Positions 10,238-19,464 of a stretch of DNA of 64,000 nucleotides are shown here, one piece after another. The notes beneath the pieces are model-generated. The model was not told the origin of the DNA, ran no database searches, and saw only the letters and a program-made list of their open reading frames with translations. How positions within the stretch are numbered: position 1 is the stretch's first letter; each line of letters opens with the position of its first letter. The position numbers and the translations under genes are program-made. The stretch is from IMG/VR virus record IMGVR_UViG_3300026521_000471, positions 1 through 64,000 of that record; one strand, 5' to 3'.

Positions 10238-10996
10238 TTAAAAGATAAATAAATCTGTTACTATTTTTGGACGATATTTTTCATCATTTGTTTCTAAATA
10301 ATATTCACCTAGTAATATATGATTATCATTTAACGATTTAATTTCATCCAAAACCCATGTACGTTTTGAACTATTTGATGGGAGACTTTTATAAATTATC
10401 TCGAGCACTTCTAAATTTTTACTAAATTTCTTAATTAGGCTAATGATGATATTAGATTCATTTAAAGAAATTAATAATGGTATTATACTTTTAGAAATAT
10501 TTCCATTTTTAACAATAGTGCTTAAAATATATCCCTTATCATTAGAAAAGAATGCATCATCTATAGCTCTTTTTAAAAATATTTCCATTTTAGTTTCAGA
10601 TAATGAAGGGGCTATTTTTTGATAAAAATGTATAAGAAAATCAGATTTAGGATTTTGACTTGGATATGCTGAGTTATCATTTTCTATTTTAGATTTTCTT
10701 TCTTCGTCTGCTTTTGAAAATAAGTTATCTATAAATTTTTTAAATTCGTTATCATTTAATCTTTCTATAAAAGGAATTGCGTCATAATTGCTAATTAAAT
10801 CATAAGGGACTTCTTCTATAAACCAATCTTTTACTTTTTTAGAGAGTTCATTATTTTTTAGAATTTTTGAAAAACTATAAAAGTCATCAAATTCAATAGC
10901 CTTTTGTAAAAGTTGATTTTGTTCATCGTCTGAAATTTTACCAATATTGTCTAATTCATAAGAAAAATTCATATCATTTAGTTTGTCTATATTCAT
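10238..10996 (-). CDS. protein with second tail family (YLETNDEKYRPKIVTDLFIF)
   Basis: C-terminus aligns with 6918..7442; AATAAATA at 11018-11025. Confidence 0.7.
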   Translation of the reverse strand: MNIDKLNDMNFSYELDNIGKISDDEQNQLLQKAIEFDDFYSFSKILKNNELSKKVKDWFIEEVPYDLISNYDAIPFIERLNDNEFKKFIDNLFSKADEERKSKIENDNSAYPSQNPKSDFLIHFYQKIAPSLSETKMEIFLKRAIDDAFFSNDKGYILSTIVKNGNISKSIIPLLISLNESNIIISLIKKFSKNLEVLEIIYKSLPSNSSKRTWVLDEIKSLNDNHILLGEYYLETNDEKYRPKIVTDLFIF

Positions 10997-11081
10997 TTTT
11001 TAATCCATTTTTATTTTTATTTATTATTGTAAGAATTATAAAAAATGTAAAATAGAGAATATAACTAAAATAGGAGATTAT

Positions 11082-12120
11082 ATGACAAAAGAGGAATTAT
11101 TAAAAAGAAGAAAGGAAATTAAGTCCCAGATGTGGGATATTGAGAAAATATTAAAAGATAAGACATTCGTATCATCAGTTGACTTCGCTTCCATAAACTA
11201 ATGTGGCTTCTCTTGGTAACAAGGGAATGAAACAGAGTGTAAACTGCTGGAAACCCCTAAAGCTCGATTTCCTATTTTTAAAATAGGTGTGAGAACAGAA
11301 ACAATTATCGAGATGACTTAAAAGTGGAAACAGATTTGGGTTGGGTTAATTAAGTTTAACTAAAAATGGGCAATCAGCATCCAAGCTCTCTACCGGTTAG
11401 ATTAATACGTGAGTATTATTAAAGAGAGAAGGTTCAGAGACTATAATCACTCAGTCCTTAATTAAATTTGAAGGATTATTGTATAGTCCAGCGAAAAAAA
11501 TAATTACTAATTATTTCTGTGAAAGCAGATATTTTCGTAGGTACCCGAGCGTGATACGCCTCCTTAATGCCTCTATTGAAAATTTAGTTGGGTTTTTAGA
11601 TAATGACCCAATTGCATATAGAAAATTAGGGCTATCTAAAACTGTTAAGAAAGCAAAAGATATTTCAAAAGAACTAGTACGAACTGATTTACGGGAAAGT
11701 GATTATGTTAAATTTGTAGGTAAGAATGAAGATAAAATTTCATTACGTTTAGATTTATATAATGGAAAATATGCTGAGGCTGATATTACAGAAATTACAG
11801 AAACACCATTTGAACGATATTTTTTAGCAATATTATTTGGTGATGATGAGCAACTATTTAAGTTTCAAGATCAGACTTATACTGCTCAAGAATTTCAGGC
11901 TTTTCTTAAAGAGAATAATTTAAGTTTAAGTGGTAGTGGAGCAATCTATAAAGCCTATAAAATGGGTGATGATAAGAATAACCAAGGTATTATTCCTAGT
12001 TATTTAGAATACCTATTTTTGGAGCGAAAAAAAGTGAAGAAGGTGATGTTTACGCATTACCGACATAAAATTTTATTACAAAAATTTAAAAATGCTATGG
12101 AAGAAGATGGAAGATGGTAA
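11082..12120 (+). CDS. family B DNA polymerase middle fragment, two exons: join(11082..11194,11541..12120), 230 aa
   Basis: AGGAG RBS; splicing restores motif A FVSSVDFASMYPSVIRLLN; GIIPSYLEYLFLERKKVKK is the pre-motif-B fingers helix; no exonuclease, motif B or motif C in this ORF. Confidence 0.85.
11195..11540 (+). ncRNA. group I intron (346 nt, no ORF) in PolB motif A
   Basis: Exon-terminal U in P1 (CCAU/GUGG, U.G), terminal G, P3 GAGTG/CACTC, P4 TGCTG/CAGCA, GTTCAGAGACTA and ATAGTCC (P7); removal restores frame and motif. Confidence 0.92.
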
Positions 12121-12130
12121 GGGTTAAAAA

Positions 12131-12460
12131 TTGTTTCAAGAAGATGAAGAAGATTTATCTATATTAGAATTTTATAAACGTTTACCATATAATAAAATGA
12201 AAGAATGTGAAATTTTTATAACACCTGAGAAAATATATGGTATTCAATATGCTGATGATGCAGATACACGTATTTTGGCGGAATCATTAAATATTCTCAA
12301 AACATTAAAATCTAATGAGCTTAAAGACAAAATTGAACTCCATAGGACTGAGGGTGTATGGCGAGAGTTTTATACGTTCAAAAATGTAGTAAAAGCAATA
12401 AGAGAATATTTGCAGTTGCGACCAAATTTAATAGAAGAGTATCCAGAATGTATGATTTAA
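12131..12460 (+). CDS. small protein with PE-tail (YPECMI)
   Basis: Terminal motif. Confidence 0.7.
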   Translation: MFQEDEEDLSILEFYKRLPYNKMKECEIFITPEKIYGIQYADDADTRILAESLNILKTLKSNELKDKIELHRTEGVWREFYTFKNVVKAIREYLQLRPNLIEEYPECMI

Positions 12461-12690
12461 ACAATTTAAATAAAGGTGATATAATTGAATTTCAAATGTC
12501 CTTTGGAAAACTCCACGGTGTTATAGAAGTTAAAACAGAAGATTTAATACATGTTCGTAGTTTTTCTTTGGATAAAACTGCACATCGATGGTTTATGTTT
12601 TATCAAGAAACTTTTAAACATGTAAAAAATAATTATGGGGCTCAACTTGAAGACGACTTCATTACATCAAATCCTGAGAGGTTTATATGA
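12448..12690 (+). CDS. small protein with PE-tail (NPERFI); start moved from 12358 to ATG 12448
   Basis: GAAGAG upstream of 12448; avoids a long overlap. Confidence 0.65.
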   Translation: MYDLNNLNKGDIIEFQMSFGKLHGVIEVKTEDLIHVRSFSLDKTAHRWFMFYQETFKHVKNNYGAQLEDDFITSNPERFI

Positions 12691-12938
12691 AGAATATATA
12701 TGAAATAGCCAATGAATGTTATCCTATGTTATTAGTACACCCTGCAACAAACTGGGAACAGGAAATTCATAATTATAGAGCTCTAATTATCATAGAGATT
12801 TCAAAGCATTACCCTGATATTCTTGATAACTGTGAAGATTGCGTTAAAGTTATTCAAAATTCTGATGTACTAGAATATAAATTTAGTGATAAATTTATAA
12901 AACGGATTTTAGAAAAGTATCCTGAAGCATTAATATGA
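12687..12938 (+). CDS. small protein with PE-tail (YPEALI)
   Basis: Terminal motif; ATGA overlap. Confidence 0.7.
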   Translation: MKNIYEIANECYPMLLVHPATNWEQEIHNYRALIIIEISKHYPDILDNCEDCVKVIQNSDVLEYKFSDKFIKRILEKYPEALI

Positions 12939-13246
12939 AGTGTTCTGAAGAAGAAGCGATCGCTGTTAATTTTTTTAGAAAATTACCACCGGAAGTAAAG
13001 GTTGAAATTGATGAATATTTTTTACCTGAATTATCTGATGATACAAAAAATGCCCTTTTAAAAAATATTACTTTAATTGGTGAAGTTTTTAAAATGACAC
13101 CTAATTTAGCAGAATATTATACAAAATACGCTCAAGATTGTGATTACTTTCGATTGTTAGGATTTTGGGAAGAAATTAGTACTGTACTTGTAACTATATT
13201 TAATTCAACTGATTACTATGAAAGATACCCAGAATATTTGGTTTAA
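12935..13246 (+). CDS. small protein with PE-tail (YPEYLV)
   Basis: Terminal motif; ATGA overlap. Confidence 0.7.
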   Translation: MKCSEEEAIAVNFFRKLPPEVKVEIDEYFLPELSDDTKNALLKNITLIGEVFKMTPNLAEYYTKYAQDCDYFRLLGFWEEISTVLVTIFNSTDYYERYPEYLV

Positions 13247-13249
13247 ATG

Positions 13250-13257
13250 TATAAATA
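13250..13257 (+). promoter_or_regulatory. T4-like late promoter TATAAATA
   Basis: Exact T4 gp55 consensus 25 nt before 13283; chance matches are common in AT-rich DNA. Confidence 0.55.
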
Positions 13258-13282
13258 AATAAAAAATGAAAAGGTTAATAAT

Positions 13283-13657
13283 ATGAAATTAAATGATATT
13301 CTCTTTGAAAAAGAATTATCGGATTTAGCAAAAGAATTTGATCATGCCAAACAAGAATTAAAAAAAGATACAAATATAAGAATTACATTGGATGAAGTTA
13401 AACAATTTGTTAGAAAGTGGAAAAATTTTACTGATAAATTTGATATTACAAAAAAACGTATCTCTGTTATTAAAAAAACTGGGGATAAATTACTAAAATA
13501 TCTAAATTATAGAATTGATAAAATGGAAGAAGTAAAAACTATTGATAAAAGTGAGATTGAACCTCTTAGAAGTTATTTAGATGAATTAAAATTTGATATA
13601 GATTCACACATTGAAATACAACAAATAAAATATGATTCAACAGCTAGGAGAGTATAA
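13283..13657 (+). CDS. putative late helical protein, MKLNDILFE leader
   Basis: Late-type promoter, RBS, leader. Confidence 0.7.
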   Translation: MKLNDILFEKELSDLAKEFDHAKQELKKDTNIRITLDEVKQFVRKWKNFTDKFDITKKRISVIKKTGDKLLKYLNYRIDKMEEVKTIDKSEIEPLRSYLDELKFDIDSHIEIQQIKYDSTARRV

Positions 13658-14182
13658 ATGCAATTAGAAGATTTAAATAACGAATTACTATTAGAAAAAA
13701 CTTTTTATAAAATCAATAAAACCCTTAGTAAACATTTAGATAAACTGGAAGATGATGCGAGAGAAGTAAATTTGAATGTAGTTAATCTTTTAGTTAAAAA
13801 AGCAGAAAAGTTTTTGGATGATTTGGATGAAAAACTTAAAGATAAAAATGCTCCTATTCTTGAGTTAGACGACCTTATGGCAAAATATAAGAAACCTTTA
13901 CTTTTTTTCAAAAAACGTTTTGAAGATTTAGTTGATCAATATAGCGACAATGCATTTCAACGAGAAATAATGACTGAGGTTAGAATAATACTTACTAATT
14001 TAATAAATAGAATCGATTCAAGCCTAACTGGATTTGAAGGTGAAATTAAAAGAAAAATTAAAGCTACGGCACAAGAAGTATCTTCAGAAGTTACACAAAA
14101 AGGAAAAGGTATTAGAGTTCCACACGGTCTGGCACAGGATTTACATTCAAAAAAACATTATATTCATAAAGAGAAAAAATAA
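13658..14182 (+). CDS. putative late helical protein, MQLEDLNNELLLE leader
   Basis: AGGAG RBS; similar leader and composition to 13283. Confidence 0.7.
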   Translation: MQLEDLNNELLLEKTFYKINKTLSKHLDKLEDDAREVNLNVVNLLVKKAEKFLDDLDEKLKDKNAPILELDDLMAKYKKPLLFFKKRFEDLVDQYSDNAFQREIMTEVRIILTNLINRIDSSLTGFEGEIKRKIKATAQEVSSEVTQKGKGIRVPHGLAQDLHSKKHYIHKEKK

Positions 14183-14227
14183 TTTTTATTGTAAAATAAT
14201 TATAAAAGAATTAAGGGATTGAATTAA

Positions 14228-14611
14228 ATGACTCGTTATAATCTTGAGCTTGATAAAAAGCAATTAGAACTCATTATGAAATCGCTAGATTTTTATTCAA
14301 GAATACAAATGGGTCAAGTTTCAGAATTAGTTAATCCATTTGTACTACCTTTACCAGACGCTAATTATGATGATGTTGAAGAATTAATAATCGAATTAAA
14401 AAAAGCTATGTTTCCAAACTTAGATACCAATTCATACTATGCTATAAAATCAAATCATATACCTGATTCTACTCGTCAAATGATTGATATTATGGAAGTT
14501 ATACGATATAATTTAAATGATAAAAATGGTGATCGACCATATCAATGGTCAAATGAATTAGACGCCCCATCAATTACAAAAATAGGAGAAGATAATGAAA
14601 CTGCATCATAA
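14228..14611 (+). CDS. hypothetical phage protein
   Basis: ORF with RBS after TGTAAAAT at 14190. Confidence 0.65.
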   Translation: MTRYNLELDKKQLELIMKSLDFYSRIQMGQVSELVNPFVLPLPDANYDDVEELIIELKKAMFPNLDTNSYYAIKSNHIPDSTRQMIDIMEVIRYNLNDKNGDRPYQWSNELDAPSITKIGEDNETAS

Positions 14612-15035
14612 AACATTAGCAAAAATTGAGAAACTTTTTAGTATAAGTTTATCATATACCGAGACACAAGAAGAACAGTATAACACATACCCCGATATGA
14701 TGTTTATTATAGAATCTTATGTCGATTTTGTTTCATCATTAAAATTTAGATTGAAAAACAAAGAAGATTATACTCAGGAAAATTACCATGATGAAATCTA
14801 TGAATATGATTCAATGATTAGTGCATGGAGAGAACATTTAGTTTATCAATTGCCAGATGAAAATAATGAAAATCATAATGATTTATACTCTGTTTTATTC
14901 TCAACTTTACAAGCTGTTGACTCTTTAATTGATGATGATCATTTTTATTGGGAAGAAGATGAATCTAATGAAATAGATCTTCAAGATACTGACGAATCTT
15001 CTTCTGAAGAATTTGAGTTAGATAGAACATTCTAA
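14595..15035 (+). CDS. hypothetical acidic protein
   Basis: AGGAG RBS. Confidence 0.65.
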   Translation: MKLHHKTLAKIEKLFSISLSYTETQEEQYNTYPDMMFIIESYVDFVSSLKFRLKNKEDYTQENYHDEIYEYDSMISAWREHLVYQLPDENNENHNDLYSVLFSTLQAVDSLIDDDHFYWEEDESNEIDLQDTDESSSEEFELDRTF

Positions 15036-15041
15036 CTCAAA

Positions 15042-16229
15042 TTATTTCTTTCTCAGTTTATTTTTTAATTCTTCTATTTGCTTAATTTTTTTCTCAGTAA
15101 TATCTTGTTTGATTGAAATATAACCAATCTTTACCCCATCTTTATCATAATATGGTGAAATCACATTATTTGACCAATAAGCACCACCATTTTTCTTTTT
15201 AGATTTAATTTCTCCTACCCAGTTTTTATCCGCTTCAATAGTTTCCCATAATTTCTTAAAAACATTTGCATTCATATCCGGATGTCTTATAATATTATGT
15301 GGTTCGCCTAATAATTCTGTTTTTGAATAGCCTGTTGTTTTACAAAAAGCTGATGATACATCTACAATTACTCCAAATAAATTCGTCTTGGTAAATATGA
15401 CATGTTTTTCAAAATCAGAATGCATACTAGTTAGTTGTGTATTAAGAATATCATTTTGTGTCATTAAGTCCGAAAAATCTTTGCTGTATTCATCGGCGAT
15501 TTTTTCATTTTCAAAATCAGCCCTTTCTTTTATTTTAATCATTGAATATATATAAATTATTCCAGAAATAAGCATGATCATAGAGACAATGAATAAAACA
15601 AATAACTGTAAATGTTTAATATTATCATTAATATCATTTATTGGTATCGTAGCTTCAGTAACCCCTCTAGCATCCCCTATTTTCCATTTAAAATCCCAAG
15701 TCTTTAACGGGTGGTGATTATGGCATTGGACACAAGATTTATTAGTCATATATTCGGTTTTCGCATACGTTAGATAATCTGTCCCGTCCTTTTCCGTTCT
15801 TAAAAATAGTTCCTTATGACCCTTTATATTTTTTAAGACCTTCAGCTGTAATTTTGTCAGAACTCTATCAGATTGATTTTTAAATGGAAAATTACTATAA
15901 ACAGATATACGTAAATTTGGATCGTCTATCATTGAAGCTACATCATGCATAAATGTTGCAGGATACGGTATTGTATTATTATCTTTATGTTCTGTACTAA
16001 ATTTTATACCATTAATATTATATATATCATCAACTACGTATTTGGCATAGTATTCTTTCGTTTTTAAAAGTAGATTTACTACTGATTTAGTTTTATCTTC
16101 TGCTAAATCAACTGCATATTCATGCATTTTATATGGAATAAAGACGTAAAGTGATATTAATGTAACAATATAAGATATAGTCACTCCAATTAAAAATTTA
16201 TTAGAAAACATTTGTAAAATATTTTTCAT
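15042..16229 (-). CDS. membrane sensor: periplasmic c-type heme domain (DUF3365/Tll0287-like) plus cytoplasmic PAS, no output domain
   Basis: TM helix, IPYPATF, YSNFPFKN, CVQCH (CxxCH), WKIGDARG, TM helix, PAS (HNIIRHPDM...LWETI...WVGEIKS); start at ATG 16229 after GAGGGA. Confidence 0.85.
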   Translation of the reverse strand: MKNILQMFSNKFLIGVTISYIVTLISLYVFIPYKMHEYAVDLAEDKTKSVVNLLLKTKEYYAKYVVDDIYNINGIKFSTEHKDNNTIPYPATFMHDVASMIDDPNLRISVYSNFPFKNQSDRVLTKLQLKVLKNIKGHKELFLRTEKDGTDYLTYAKTEYMTNKSCVQCHNHHPLKTWDFKWKIGDARGVTEATIPINDINDNIKHLQLFVLFIVSMIMLISGIIYIYSMIKIKERADFENEKIADEYSKDFSDLMTQNDILNTQLTSMHSDFEKHVIFTKTNLFGVIVDVSSAFCKTTGYSKTELLGEPHNIIRHPDMNANVFKKLWETIEADKNWVGEIKSKKKNGGAYWSNNVISPYYDKDGVKIGYISIKQDITEKKIKQIEELKNKLRKK

Positions 16230-16293
16230 AAGTCCCTCAGTTTGTTGATTTATCAACTTATTTATTTTCGGATTTACTTTCTTTAATTTATGA

Positions 16294-16315
16294 TTAAGGT
16301 CTAATATAATATAAT
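16294..16315 (+). promoter_or_regulatory. class I promoter TTAAG-N11-TATAAT
   Basis: Motif match upstream of 16338. Confidence 0.65.
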
Positions 16316-16337
16316 ATAAAAAATTAAAAAAGGATAT

Positions 16338-16736
16338 ATGATGCATATACGTAGTTTAGATTATTTTGATAAAGTGGGTCTGGTAACAAGCGGACTCTCT
16401 ATTTTTATTTCAAGTATTTTTTTACTTATGAGTTTTAGTTATTTAACAGAGAATTATTTAGTTATTTTAGGGTTGGTAAGTATTTCTTTAGTCCTAAATA
16501 ATTACTACCTTACCATAACTACACCAGAAATATTTAAAAAGATTAATGATGATCCCTGGAAATTTATTTTAGAACAAAGACCTATACTCGGACCTATTGC
16601 CGTTTTATTAAGTTTTTTATTAATAGGGACATTAATTAGTGGTAATCTTTTTGCATGGCAAATATATATTATATATTTTATTATGCTTATGCTTATGAAT
16701 CATACCTATTCAAAAAAATATAAACTTAGAGATTAG
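16338..16736 (+). CDS. membrane protein (about 4 TM)
   Basis: Hydrophobic segments. Confidence 0.7.
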   Translation: MMHIRSLDYFDKVGLVTSGLSIFISSIFLLMSFSYLTENYLVILGLVSISLVLNNYYLTITTPEIFKKINDDPWKFILEQRPILGPIAVLLSFLLIGTLISGNLFAWQIYIIYFIMLMLMNHTYSKKYKLRD

Positions 16737-16737
16737 T

Positions 16738-17064
16738 ATGAAATTAAAGGATATTAATTATACTGGTATCTTTTTTAATGATGGTATGCATATGACTTGG
16801 AATTATGGATTACCTAGAAAATATCCTAGTAACATTCAATCTGGAGAGCTTGCAGAAGTTACTGTAATTGGGAAATATGAAGATGACCAAGTAGCGTGTT
16901 GGGTTGTTAAATATGGAAGATATACTCATCAACCGTCAGGAACTTTATTGCATGTTACTACTAAAGTTACTAATGGTGGTAAAGCTGTAATGAGTGGTCA
17001 AAGAGCAACAAAGAATGGTTATGAGAAAATTAAATCGTTTAAATTAAAAGGTGTATGGAGATGA
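16738..17064 (+). CDS. 2H phosphoesterase (cyclic phosphodiesterase-like)
   Basis: Two HxT motifs (HMT, HVT) followed by NGGKAVMSG; near the RNA ligase. Confidence 0.6.
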   Translation: MKLKDINYTGIFFNDGMHMTWNYGLPRKYPSNIQSGELAEVTVIGKYEDDQVACWVVKYGRYTHQPSGTLLHVTTKVTNGGKAVMSGQRATKNGYEKIKSFKLKGVWR

Positions 17065-17324
17065 ATTTAAAAAAGAGTGACATAGTCTTATTTAATTCTA
17101 ATATGTCTAATAATAAAATAGTTAAAACCACAGGTATTGTTATGGACAATGAAGATATTAATGGTATTATTAGTATTCAAGCTGTTGATGAAGTTGGAAG
17201 TATACGTTCTATTTTTGGAGCCTTTACATCGAATCCAACGGACATCCATAAGAGAAATATTATATCAGTCTTGGGTAATCTAAATGATTTAGTCATAGAA
17301 AAATTCCCTGAATATACAATTTGA
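17055..17324 (+). CDS. small protein with PE-tail (FPEYTI)
   Basis: Terminal motif. Confidence 0.7.
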   Translation: MEMNLKKSDIVLFNSNMSNNKIVKTTGIVMDNEDINGIISIQAVDEVGSIRSIFGAFTSNPTDIHKRNIISVLGNLNDLVIEKFPEYTI

Positions 17325-17337
17325 AAGGTAGGTACAA

Positions 17338-17721
17338 ATGGCACAACAAATAATTATGAGTGAAGATGGACAAGAAGATTTAAATAAAATAAGAGATGTT
17401 TATTTTGATTTAATGAATTATGGTATAATGCATGAAGATACAATTAATTCCATAGAAGAAGCATTCTTAACTTTGGTTACGAGAGATTTAGGAGCAGGTG
17501 GATTGACACTTGAAATGAACGAATCAGAGGATGAATATACTGATGCTTCAGAATTTCTTATAGATAACTACGGGTATTATGGTGTGTTTGAAGTTTTAAG
17601 TTTAGAAGATAATGAAACTCAACAAAAATATGCAAATTATCTTAGAGATATTTTTGCACTTGTTCTATATTCAGACAAATATTTGAATACAGAGGAAATT
17701 ATAGAAAAAATAGAGAGGTAG
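17338..17721 (+). CDS. hypothetical acidic protein
   Basis: ORF with RBS. Confidence 0.65.
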   Translation: MAQQIIMSEDGQEDLNKIRDVYFDLMNYGIMHEDTINSIEEAFLTLVTRDLGAGGLTLEMNESEDEYTDASEFLIDNYGYYGVFEVLSLEDNETQQKYANYLRDIFALVLYSDKYLNTEEIIEKIER

Positions 17722-17727
17722 AACGTT

Positions 17728-18390
17728 ATGAAAAAATATCCAAGAACATTTCATTTTCAGTTTTCTCCAGAAGTACATGATGATGATAAAGTTATATCTA
17801 TGAGATATCTTGGAAATTTTCTACAAGACGAAATAGTTATCCTAGAAAAATTAGATGGTGCTAATAGTTGTCTGAAAGGTCATCAAGGTGTATTTGGAAG
17901 AAGTCATACTTTACCAACTAAAGAACCTTGGTACGACCACCTAAAAGGTTTATACTATTCTAAATTGGATAACCTGAATCCGGACTATTGGTATTTTGGA
18001 GAAAATACCTATGCTATTCATAGCATTAAATATACTAATATGGATAGTTATTTTTATCTATTCGCTATCTATGATACAGTTAATAAAATATGGCTGTCTT
18101 GGGATGATTTAGTAGAAGAAGCAAAAAGAGTTGATATACCTACTGTACCTGTATTATTTAGAGGTACAGTTATCTCAATGGCTGAAGTAAATAAATGGAT
18201 GGATAAACACATTACCGATGAATCTCAATTAGGTGGTGAATTAGAAGGTTTTGTTATGAGAGTAACAAAAGCAATCCCAGGAGATAAATTCAATGAGTTT
18301 GTAGCAAAATACGTTAGAAAAGGTCATGTGCAGACTGATGACCATTGGACAAAAAATTGGAAACCTCAAACTTTAAAGGTAAATAAATGA
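17728..18390 (+). CDS. ATP-dependent RNA ligase family protein
   Basis: KYPRTFH, motif I EKLDGAN, FGEN, FYLFAI, motif IV EGFVMR, motif V AKYVR. Confidence 0.85.
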   Translation: MKKYPRTFHFQFSPEVHDDDKVISMRYLGNFLQDEIVILEKLDGANSCLKGHQGVFGRSHTLPTKEPWYDHLKGLYYSKLDNLNPDYWYFGENTYAIHSIKYTNMDSYFYLFAIYDTVNKIWLSWDDLVEEAKRVDIPTVPVLFRGTVISMAEVNKWMDKHITDESQLGGELEGFVMRVTKAIPGDKFNEFVAKYVRKGHVQTDDHWTKNWKPQTLKVNK

Positions 18391-18635
18391 GTGCATCGGA
18401 CTACTTAGATCCAGAAATTAAAGATTTTGTTAGAGGGTATTCTAGAATAAATGTTGAATTAAAAAGAATACCTCCTAAGCTTTTAAAAACTAAGTTGGTT
18501 TCTTCATATGAGTCTGTTTCTTCAGCATCATATTTAGGTGATATTGAAAAAAATAATATGTTATGGTGTATAACTCAAGCTATTGAGGAATTGCATAATG
18601 AGATTTCAGAAGTTTATCCAGAGATTTGTATATGA
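18387..18635 (+). CDS. small protein with PE-tail (YPEICI)
   Basis: Terminal motif. Confidence 0.7.
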   Translation: MSASDYLDPEIKDFVRGYSRINVELKRIPPKLLKTKLVSSYESVSSASYLGDIEKNNMLWCITQAIEELHNEISEVYPEICI

Positions 18636-18898
18636 ATAATTTATCAAAAATAAAAGAGAAAGTTGAAAATGAATTAGAGAAGGTATCTAGAGAGATCTTC
18701 GATATGAAGATAGTAAATGATATGACAATAAGATTCTTTCAGATGAATTATACTAAATGTGAAATTAAACCTGATTATATTAAATGTATGAAATGTCACA
18801 ATATGGAAGATCCTTTTAAATCAACCAATATAGAGATAATTCTTTCAGACGCTTTTATAAATGAGTTAAAAAAACATTACCCGGAAGATCTAATATGA
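18626..18898 (+). CDS. small protein with PE-tail (YPEDLI)
   Basis: Terminal motif; likely start ATG 18632. Confidence 0.7.
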   Translation: MYMNNLSKIKEKVENELEKVSREIFDMKIVNDMTIRFFQMNYTKCEIKPDYIKCMKCHNMEDPFKSTNIEIILSDAFINELKKHYPEDLI

Positions 18899-19161
18899 AC
18901 ACTTTAAAAGAATACGTGAATTATTGTGCACAACTTTTTAAAGCCTTTAGATTTAAAGAGACTGAAATTAGTACTATATTTTTATCAAAATTACAAAAGA
19001 AGTATCCATTAACTAAAAATCTATCAAAAGATGATTTTGAAATACATTTTGAATACTGTATTAGAGAATGGGATGACGTTAAAACTAGACATTGCTTTAT
19101 TGATATTAAACACTCTCTAGTAGATAAAATTTCTGAGGAGTACCCCGAATCATGCATATAA
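18895..19161 (+). CDS. small protein with PE-tail (YPESCI)
   Basis: Terminal motif. Confidence 0.7.
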   Translation: MNTLKEYVNYCAQLFKAFRFKETEISTIFLSKLQKKYPLTKNLSKDDFEIHFEYCIREWDDVKTRHCFIDIKHSLVDKISEEYPESCI

Positions 19162-19406
19162 AAGATTTTATAGATAGTATGGAACATGCACTACATCAAG
19201 ATAATATAATATCTAAGGAAGAAGTGGTTATAAAATACGTAGAAGCCGTATATCCAAAATTAAAAAATAAAATTCCTAAAAATGATATAATTATTACTGA
19301 AAATAAAATAACATTAAACTTTATCCCTCCAACAAAATATACTGTATCATTTAGAGAAAAGTTTTATGACGCATTTAAAATACATTATCCTGAATACATG
19401 ATTTAA
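19152..19406 (+). CDS. small protein with PE-tail (YPEYMI)
   Basis: Terminal motif. Confidence 0.7.
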   Translation: MHIKDFIDSMEHALHQDNIISKEEVVIKYVEAVYPKLKNKIPKNDIIITENKITLNFIPPTKYTVSFREKFYDAFKIHYPEYMI

Positions 19407-19413
19407 TTTTCAT

Positions 19414-19435
19414 TTAAGCCTTTTTATGTTATAAT
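19414..19435 (+). promoter_or_regulatory. class I promoter TTAAG-N11-TATAAT
   Basis: Motif match with extended TG. Confidence 0.7.
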
Positions 19436-19464
19436 CTTATTATAAGAAATAAAAGGAGATTGTT

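Noticed and set aside
11479-11540. N-terminus MYSPAKKIITNYFCESRYFR of ORF 11479
   Set aside because: It is intron sequence (P7-P9 region), not coding.
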